64,000 nucleotides of DNA from the human T2T-CHM13v2.0 reference genome, Homo sapiens, in NCBI RefSeq assembly GCF_009914755.1, contig NC_060932.1. One strand, given 5' to 3'. The position numbers were made by a program, and so were the translations under genes. The notes beneath the pieces are model-generated. The model was not told the origin of the DNA and made no database searches. It saw nothing but the letters and a program-made list of their open reading frames with translations. Shown here one piece after another: positions 53,566 through 64,000 of this stretch (its first letter is position 1; every line of letters starts with the position of its first letter).

Positions 53566-54167
53566 TGTGGTTGGCAGAATTCTAAAGATGTCCCCCCAGG
53601 ATTCCTGACCCCTGGTTATTCAGTCAAACACTGATCTTGGCACTGCTGTGAAAAAACTTTGCAGAATTAAATTTACCAATCAATCGATGGGTCAATTGAC
53701 CTTAAAATAGAAAGATTATCTTGAATTATGGTGAACCCAGAGTAGTCACATGAGTCTGTAGAAGCAGAAGCATCCGTCTGAGGGATGCAGCAGTTGAAGA
53801 AGAGGCAGGAGAGATGTGGAGTGAGAGGGATATGTTGTACCCTTGCTGGTCCTGAGACCCACCTGCAAGGACCAGAGGGCAGGTGCTAGGAGCTAAGGGT
53901 GGTCTCCAGCCCACAGCCAGCAAGGAAATAGCACCTCATTCCTACAGCTGTGTAAAACTGAATTCTGCCAACAACTTGAATGAGCCTGGAAGTGGATTCT
54001 TTCCTCAAGCTTCCAGAAGGGAATTCAATCCTGCTAACCCTTGATTTTTTGTTTGCAAAACTGAGCAGACTGAGACTTCTGACCCACAGAACAGTGAGAT
54101 AACAAATGAGTTGTTTTAAGCTGCTAAATTTGTGGTAATTTGTTACAGCAACAATAACAACAAATAG
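53566..54167 (+). mobile_element. MLT1E-like solo LTR
   Basis: tgtggttggcagaattctaaagatg...aagctgctaaatttgtggtaatttgttacagca; 5 bp TSD attac/gttac. Confidence 0.85.
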
Positions 54168-54436
54168 TTACTTGTTATGTTAAATGGTATTTAAGCAACA
54201 TAGTTAATGTATTTTACATTGTTGTGATCATTTGTAATCAATAGTAATGTTTAAATTGACAACATTCTCAAAGAAAATATCTTTAACATATAATTGTATA
54301 GTTACAGAAATAAGTTTGATTTCAGTTTACATACATATTTTTCAATAGAAAACTATGATAGAATAATAAAAATATCATTAAACATCAATACATTACATTA
54401 AGACAGAATTATGACAGGACAGTAGAATGGAAATAA

Positions 54437-54816
<380 letters not shown>

Positions 54817-55403
54817 TGTTAGTGGATACTTTAGAAGTGAATGAGGATTTGTCAAAATCATACAGTATTATACTCCACTGAGTATATTTGAAAGAGTAAG
54901 CTCATAGTTTTATCTTAAAAATTCATTATTGACACTATCCTATAAATTATACATTTTGCAACTATTTAAATTTGCTGAAAACATTTTGTTATCAACTTAA
55001 AAATATGCAAAGGACCTCTTGGTCGGTCCAAATTCCTTCAAGGAGTAAGCACACAAGAAAATTTGAAGACCATTGGTTAACAGGACTCCATTTTCTGAGT
55101 TTACACACAGTATTACCTTCCACTGGGGTAGGCATGAGAAAGCTTGTGAAGTTCAGAAGGTTTTCTCATTCATTAACTCAATTATCCATTGAAGACTGAT
55201 CAAACCTGTATGGAGGACTCACATTACATGTTTAACTTATATGTAGCTATATTCACTCAGCAAATTAAAATGGGGAGCATTAGGGCAGAGAAATAACAAC
55301 TTGAATTGACCAGACAGCTCTGCCTGGTTTCCACTCAGTGTATGCATGTGTTGGGTGGGAGTGAGACAGTGTCTCTTGTCTTGGCACCTATCTTCATGCT
55401 TAG

Positions 55404-55631
<228 letters not shown>

Positions 55632-57169
55632 TAAACACAAGCCAACTAGCTCCTCTGCTGCTCAAGTGAAGAAACAGCACCAGTCTCAGACCTAGCTCTC
55701 AGACATAATTCTGGGGGAAAGACACCATGCCCAGGAACTACGTTATAAGATAAACAACCCAGGAATCCTGTCCCGGAGACCATTAAGTCAGGTTGTTTCA
55801 GTAAAAACACAAGAAGATATATGTCCACCCACTTTTTGATCTCTTGCCCTATAAGATTTAGCTGTCTGATGAGTTTTTACTCTAAGGGTTTTGAATTCAT
55901 TGATACAATTTTTCATTTTCTGCCTCATCTTGAAGCTTGGTGTTCCTTCTGAATGTCTTTCTTAATGGTTGGATCATCTACTTAGTCACCTATCCTAAAC
56001 ACATAAGATCCTAGCCTCTTTGCTTTCTAGATCCCTTCAAGACACAGTCATATCCTGTCGTGTCTGTTTCCCAAAAGTTTAAATTGTGTGCCTTCTTGCT
56101 GTTTGCAAATCCAGCCTCAATTAAGGTGTTCACAGTTGATTGTGTCCTGGTCTTCATGACTGTCTCCTCTGATTCAACCCTAAGAGCTCAGCACATTTGG
56201 ACTTAAATGCAAATCTACCCATATCTTTTTTCCACTTAAAACTCCTTTTCATAACAAACCCAGTCTTTTATACCTTTCTCTCTTCATCTGATGCCATGCC
56301 TCTCCTGGAGCCATATTGCTCAAACTTGCCATCCTGTTTCATGCCTTCATAGACTGTATCTTCTGTAAGAATGGGCTTTCATCTACCTTCTCCTTGTCCA
56401 TCTGGACAACTCATCCTTCAAATATCATTGTGTACACGGTAGGGATGCTGCTACCAGTTACCAGCTACCACCACTACCACTACCATCAGCACTAGAATTT
56501 ATCAAGATTGAACACATTATGAGCTGAGAAATATGTTAGTCACTTTCCATGTGTAGATGTTGTTTATATTATACAACAACTCAATGAGGAGTTGAGAAAT
56601 GAACTCCTTATTTTCTCTAGATTAGGAAGCTAAATCAGAGATATTTAAGAGAGTGGACCAGGATTCAGAACGGGGGTATGTGCTTCCAGAACTCATTGAT
56701 GGAACCACTGCAATTTGGAGCCCTGCTATACAACTGTGCTGAAGGAAGGAGGCAGTTACTCAACCCCTTCCCAATGCTTCTTTTGTAAAATGGGGATCTT
56801 AATACCTTATTAGCAGGGTTCTTGTGAAAATTAGCAAACACTATTGAAAGGAAACTGCCAAGTCTTTATGATAAGTAAGTCCAGCTTCTGGAGATATTTT
56901 CTTTAATAACCCATAATATGGTTAATTTAAAGCTGGGAAACTTTACTAAAGGCTAGAAAACAATAAAGAGTAACATCACAGGCAACACAAAACTAGATAA
57001 TTTGACCCAAGAACTACAGATTGTTTGGAGGTAACATGTATGATCTAGGACTACCAGGACTGACTTAGTAGTGTGTGATTTTAGCTGGCTTCTGAGGATT
57101 GGACTGTTCATGTGTAGACTTAGCAATGATGTCTATTTGGTAGAACTATTGTGAGAGTTGAATTTATTC

Positions 57170-57400
57170 CTAAACATACATTTACTGAGCCCAAAGCTAG
57201 GCATTCATTGATAACTAATACACAGTTTTTGACTTAATCCTCCTAACAAAAGCGCTGGGGGTACTACTTTGATTCCCAATTTGCAGATGACAAGAGTAAG
57301 GCCCGAAGAGGTTACGAAACTTGTGTAGGTCACATAGTTGGTGATTTCCATACCCAGGACTGGAACCCAGGCAACCTGGTTCCAGAAGTGTGTGCTCAGC
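57170..57400 (-). mobile_element. MIR
   Basis: cccaatttgcagatgacaagagtaaggcccgaagaggtta...aggtcacatag. Confidence 0.7.
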
Positions 57401-58562
57401 CCATCTGCTGCACTGCCTGATGGTGTGAGTGGAGACACTACCATCATGAAGCTTGCAGTTTAGGATGGTGCATATGTAAGAAAACAAAGAAATGCACAAT
57501 TAAAAATAAAATAAGTGCTATGAAGGAAATAAACAGTGTGTGTGGCAAAGAAAAATGGGGAAGGGGTGTCTGAGATCCATTAGAGACAGTGGTTAGGAAA
57601 GTTTTCCTTGAGGAAAGTGATGTTTAAGATTGGATTAAATGAGAAGATGTGTTTAGTAAAGGGAAATCTGGGCACCCTGCTAATAATGTTCCCTTTCCTT
57701 TCCTTTCATATGTTGAAATAAAACATTTTTTTTTGACCCTGCATGAGCTCTCCCTGCTTGTGATTGCCCTGAGAGGTAGAACCCCAGGGAAGATCACACT
57801 TGTTCAGGTGGGAACTATGAAAAGTCACAGAGGACTCCCGGGCTTAAACAACTGGCACATAGATGCTTACACATTACTTTGTTTGCACATGCGATCTTTT
57901 ATTAAATAATTGAGAAATCCTAGGTATTTACAGGTATTGTCATTTTGTGCCTTAACGATGTGTTAGATTTCAAAAGTATCAACTTAGTTTCGCTGTTCAC
58001 AATGGCTTTGAAATGGTGTTAAGACTTCTGGAAATTCATTGAGGGTTAGCAGTGTCGTTGCCTATGCTTTTTACTTCTAAATAATAGCTTATTTCTTTGG
58101 CAAACCTATCATTTCTAATTTAATGGGTAGTACTTCAGCAATTGAGCTATCTTTTTGAAAGCTACAATGGCAGCTAAAGAAATCCTAACAGAGAACTAAA
58201 ATAAGATAAATGGGAAAGGGACATATTACCTCTTTTTGCTCATCTGGTTGTTATTGTTAATAATAATAATAAAATACCAGAAATTGATATAACTGTCTTT
58301 TTTAGCATCATTTAAAATATCCTTGGGAATGTCATATAAAATAGCAGTTGTAGCAGTGTGATGTAAATTATAGTACAGTAAAAAAAAAAAAAATTGGCAA
58401 TGGTGGGTTCTGCCTGACAATTGCTGCCTGATATTTTGAAAGCAAAATAGTCACAAATGTATTTAGGCCATTTCATTAAAAAAATGAAATTATGCTTTAG
58501 GTAAGCTTTACCCTTCATCCTCTTCCCCTGATTGTGATTCACTGATTCATGATGGATGAGCG

Positions 58563-59092
58563 TTATGGTGTGGCCGCCTGACTGTAAGATGGCCTGGTGA
58601 GCTCTGCCTTCTGGTACCTATGCCCTTATGTGATCTTTTCCTCCTGAGTGTGAGCTAGATTTAGTGACTCACTGTAACAAATAGGAAATGGCAGAAATAA
58701 GGGGCTGTCTCTTCCAAGATTAGGCTGTAAAATATTATGAGTTTCATCTTGGGTGCTTTCTCTTGTTCTTTCTTAGATCTCTCCCCTGTGAGAAACCAGC
58801 CACCATGTTGTAAGCAGCCCTGTGGCGAGACCCACATGAGGAAGACCAGGGCTTGCCAACATCCTCTGAATGCACGTGGAAACAGATCTCTGTCCCTCCC
58901 CTCAAGGCCCAGCTGTGCATCCAAATGAGATCACAGCCTTTGTTGACAGCTTGACAGTCTCCTCATGAGCCAGAGAAATCAGCTAGGTGACTCTCAGATT
59001 TCAGACGCACAGAAACTGTGAGATAATAAATGCTTATTGCTTTAAATGCTAAATTTTTGGGGTTATTGATTATGCAGCAATAGATAAGATAG
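58563..59092 (+). mobile_element. MLT1F-like solo LTR
   Basis: gccaccatgttgtaagcagccctgtgg...cagaaactgtgagataataaatg...tatgcagcaatagataa. Confidence 0.82.
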
Positions 59093-59273
59093 ATGAAGTG
59101 TGCAATGGGAATGATAAATTCTACAGTGGGCCCTAGGTCACTGTAAACAGGAGCCACAGTGATATAATCCCAAGTCTCCAGTGTGGCATGAGGCTGAGAG
59201 CATACTAGGGTTTATCTAACTTCTTGGTTTTGAGTTTCTTTCCATTTCCCTAGGCTGAGGCTAAATTGGGATT

Positions 59274-59642
59274 TGCTATGGTGAGAATGTGTCTTCTAAA
59301 TTTCATGTATTGGAAACTTTCCCCAAATTTATATATTAATGATATTTGGAGGTAGGACTTTTGAGAGATAACTAGGATTAGATAAGGTCATAAAAGTGGG
59401 GTCTCCATGATGAGACTCAAGGCTTTATAAAAAGAGGAGGAAGGAACTGAGTTGACGTGCTCTTGCCCTCTCGCCATGTGGTACCTTCTGCCATGTTATG
59501 ACACATTAAGAAGGCCTTCATCAGATGCGGCTCCTTGATTTTGGACTTCCTAGCCTCCAGACTGTAAGAAATAAACTTGTTTTCTTTATAAATTACCCAG
59601 TCTATTGTATTCTGTCATAGCAACACAAAACAGACTAAGATA
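59274..59642 (+). mobile_element. MSTD-like solo LTR
   Basis: tgctatggtgagaatgtgtc...ggacttcctagcctccagactgtaagaaataaa...cagactaagata. Confidence 0.85.
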
Positions 59643-60068
59643 GGGGTCTTCATTAAGAGCAACGAATATAGAATTTAGCCAACTAAAGTAAATTTATTGG
59701 AAAGATGTCTGGAATGGGGTAGATGGGGTGGAATGGGGGTATAAAATCAACAGGAGGCTGTGAGCAGGCTTGGGAACCTGTTGGAGGCCGCAGAGTTCCA
59801 GAAGCCAGGGAAAGGAAGCTTCACAACATTGTCTTAGCATCAGTGGTTCAACACAGCAGCACTGCAATACCTACCTTCTGATGCTATTTTCCATCCTTGC
59901 TTCATTCACTCAGTATTCAGAGCCCTGAAAAGAGCCTTCCATTGGCCATGCTTAGTTACCTGCCCACCCCTGGTTATATCGGTGTTGTGAAAGGAAGATG
60001 GGGGCTCTTTGGCCTTCCTAATGGAGGGCAGGCACCAGGGATGTAACCTTTGTGGCAGAGACTGTTAC

Positions 60069-60476
60069 TGATAGAGTTGGAATGTTTGTCCCCTCCAAAT
60101 CTCATGTTGAAATGTAATCCCCAGTGTTGGCGGTGGGGCCTGGTGGGAGGTGTTTGGGTCATGGGAGTGGATGCCTCATGAATGTCTTAGTGCTGTCCTC
60201 ATGATAGTGAGTGAGTTCTCTTGTGATCTGGTTGTTTCAAAGTGTGTGATGCTTTCTCCTTTCTCTCTTGCTCCCACTGTCACCATGTGACATGCTGTTC
60301 CCACTTCACTTTCCACCATGAGTAAGAGCTCCCTGAGGCCTCACCAGAAGCCAAGAAGATGCCAATGCCCTGCTTCCTATACAGCCTGCTGAACCATGAG
60401 CCAATTAAACTTCTTTTCTTTATAAATTACCCAGCTTCAGGTACTCCTTTATAGGGAAGCAAAACAGCCTATTATA
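60069..60476 (+). mobile_element. MSTB solo LTR
   Basis: tgatagagttggaatgtttgtcccctccaaatctcatgttg...; perfect 5 bp TSD gttac. Confidence 0.9.
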
Positions 60477-60481
60477 GTTAC

Positions 60482-60895
60482 CACTTACCCATTGTCTGCT
60501 TTCCTCTTTTTTAGTAAGAAAATTTATTGGAGCCACACACCCCATTTTTCCAGGCTCCCTCACACAGAAGTATGTGTATCTTAATTCTAGTCAATGGGGC
60601 CATATGAGCAAAAATGGTTTATGCAACTTCTAGATTGTACCTTAGAAGGAAAGGTACTTATTCTATTTTCATTTTCTCATTTTTTTTATAGTGGAATGTA
60701 AAGATTGTGGATGGTCATCCTTGACCTCGTGGACAAAGGCCATACCTTAAGGATGACAAAGAAAAAAGCATGGAAGGAGCCTGTGTGCCCGACACTATTG
60801 GCCTGCCCCTCAGGACTGGGGACCACCTTGAATGTTGTAAGAGAAGCCTACCTTGTTTAAATGAGCTTTTGTCAAAATAGCCTAGTCTGCATTCT
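60482..60895 (+). mobile_element. MLT1J-like solo LTR
   Basis: catttttccaggctccctc...ggccataccttaaggatgac...ggaaggagcctg. Confidence 0.55.
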
Positions 60896-61339
60896 GAGGC
60901 TGCAACCACCAGGGGAAAGGGAAAGCCCTGAAGGGTACTCAGGGTGCTACCAGGAGGGGAAAATGCATGCTGGGCAGCCAACAGTGGCCATTACCATCAC
61001 ACTGTTTAGGAAGCACGTGCCATTTCCTGAGTGAAAGTTTTCTTTAATTTTTGGTGATGGTACTAATAGATGGGCAAATTAGAATTCCTACATTGGGCCT
61101 ATGCCCTGGTAAGGCAGCTTTATGTTTATAAATTCCTCTGCCAACCAACATGCTCTGCACCCAAGTTCTTACATCCTTCAACCTTTACCCATCCATGGGA
61201 ACCTTATGCAAAATAACTCCTAGGATCATGGAATTTTGGAGATGTAAGGGACATTAATGAGCAAATAGCTGGAACTCGGGCTCCCAACCCTGTTTGTTTA
61301 GCACAACCTCCAGGAAAGCTTGTTGAAAATATGGGCTCT

Positions 61340-61735
61340 TGTGTTATTTTTCATAAATAGTAATTGCCCTGGTCTGGAAGAGGATTCTATATCCTACCCC
61401 ATTGTAGTTTAGCATGGTATGTGATTTGTTTTGGCCAATGAAACAGAGTGAAAATGATGTATGTCAATTTCAGGCAGAAACATCTAGAGCCAGCACTTGG
61501 TTTGCCATGTTCTCTGTGTTTCTTCTGCTCCTAGATGCAGCAGTACTCCAGATGGAGTTTGCATTATGAACCTGAATTCCAGGATGAAAATAACATGGAA
61601 TAGAACTTAGCCAGCACAAAGTACACATGTGCTGTGAATAAGAAATACCCTTTTGTTATTGTAAATCACTGAGATTTTGAGGTTGTCTGTTACTTCACCA
61701 TAATCTAGCCTAATATAAACACTAAACTAATATAC
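61340..61735 (+). mobile_element. MLT1I/H-like solo LTR
   Basis: gtgatttgttttggccaatgaaa...gtaaatcactgagattttgaggttgtctgttac. Confidence 0.65.
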
Positions 61736-61789
61736 TGCTCTACCATAGTCATTTATTTCCTGCTCTTTCTCCTCCTCCTTCCTCTATTT

Positions 61790-62278
<489 letters not shown>

Positions 62279-62315
<37 letters not shown>
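62279..62315. repeat. (CA)n microsatellite
   Basis: About 18 uninterrupted units. Confidence 0.98.
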
Positions 62316-62317
<2 letters not shown>

Positions 62318-63400
62318 GAATATGAGCTCCTGCCCTCACCATCCACCACGCTGCCACCACCTCACTCAGTTGTGTCAGAAGTTCATTAGTTGTTCTCTGT
62401 GGGTTCTCTTCAGTTCTCCAGAAGATAAAAGAAGCCCTAAGTGCTCCTACATCCCTTGTAAAGAGGTCCCCAAGGAAATTCTGCCATTTTCCTTCACAGT
62501 TAATGGGGCTGCCCTCAGGCGTTGTCATTTGCTACGTCTTCATGGAGATCTACATGGCTTGTCATCCTGCTTGCACAGGCCACTATGAAGCCCTTCGTAG
62601 TGAGGATCTTCCACAGGGGCACCACTCCCAGGCATTGCCCAGGCTTGCAAGAACCGCAGGCATTACCCAGGCGTGTAAGAACCTGAGGCTTGTTATCAAG
62701 TCATGTCCTCATCCCCTAGGAGGTTTTGGTGTTTTGGCCGGGCCCACTCAGAGTGGCCAGGGTCTCATGCACCTGTGGAAGCTGTAACCACCCATTCCCC
62801 AGTGTTCTGCATCTAATTACTGTCCCATGGTAGGTTCCCATGCCTTCCTATTTTACAATTTGTGTACAAAAGTTTCCATGCCCTCCCCATCTGAGGTTTC
62901 ATGTGGATTCCCTTCAGAGCCTAAACAACGAAAGCTGGTAACTTAACATCTCAGAAGGTGCAAATGGAAATACCCTCTGCGGGTAGTTACGCAGTAACAC
63001 ACAGATTAATGGAGAGTGGGAGTGTCTAGTGAACTGCAGAGCACACACTCAGTCTAAATAGGTAGGTGTTACTTGTATTCTGCCGATCTCGTTGGTAATA
63101 AATGCCCAGTGTTGCCTAATTCTAATGACTTTTCAAGAGTTGTTGAAAATTTGGATTTTATAAAAGAAAACATGTGAAACACCTTTAATTTCAAATATTG
63201 GTAAATTGACTAATTTATATTTTAAAAATGACACCGTAGATTTTACATTTAGAAACCAAATTTACATTGTGGGTCACAGTTATAACCTCTGGCTAGAATT
63301 TACCAGTACAGTCTGTCCCAGCTAACTCTCCTGGTGTGAAGAGGAAGAAATGGCTTTTGATTCAATTCCAAGGAATATAAAGCAAGAAAAGAAAACAAAT

Positions 63401-63717
<317 letters not shown>

Positions 63718-63783
63718 TTACTTCAATAATCATGTTGCAGAAATTAAGTGATAAATTAATAATATTAATATACAAAATATAGC

Positions 63784-63992
63784 ACAGTGTGCCCTCACTT
63801 AACACCATGGATAGGTTCTTGGAAGCTGTGACTTTAAGTGAAACAATGAACAACAAGTCCTCCAATAATGTTGTCTCCTTCAGTGTTGTTTCATTATAAC
63901 ACTGATGAGAAAAAAATACTGGTTTCATTATATGTCACTTTGCTTAAAGTCGCAGTTTCCAAGGATCTATTGAAGGCATTGAGGACTTACTA
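63784..63992. mobile_element. MER6-family Tigger MITE
   Basis: Long inverted ends cctcacttaac...gataggttcttggaagctgtgactttaagtgaaac / gcttaaagtcgcagtttccaaggatctattg. Confidence 0.75.
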
Positions 63993-64000
63993 TAGTTGGC

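Noticed and set aside
60901-60920. Partial CTCF-like ccaccaggggaaag
   Set aside because: Lacks the GGC 3' core

Overview
Primate (human-like) non-coding genomic DNA, intergenic or deep intronic. About half is interspersed repeats recognised by eye from remembered consensus sequences: about 23 Alu/FLAM copies, old L1 3' ends, L2, MIR and CR1 fragments, many MaLR/ERVL solo LTRs, and DNA transposons (MER1, Tigger3, MER44, MER6, HSMAR2, Charlie). I find no credible protein-coding gene, RNA gene, CpG island, CRISPR array or prokaryotic feature. The supplied ORFs I could place are Alu, LTR, L2 or low-complexity read-through; none of the rest resembles a protein I recognise. The best non-trivial signals are: a ~760 bp 3'UTR-like processed retrocopy inserted into an L2 (poly-A tail, AATAAA, target-site duplication [TSD]; parent gene not identified), a near-consensus CTCF site, an E-box/octamer cluster in unique DNA, a 36 bp templated insertion inside a MIR, head-to-head L1MB ends, and a 19:4 Alu strand bias. 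I do not see evidence for a new biological system. Repeat subfamily names and most boundaries are approximate unless a TSD is given.
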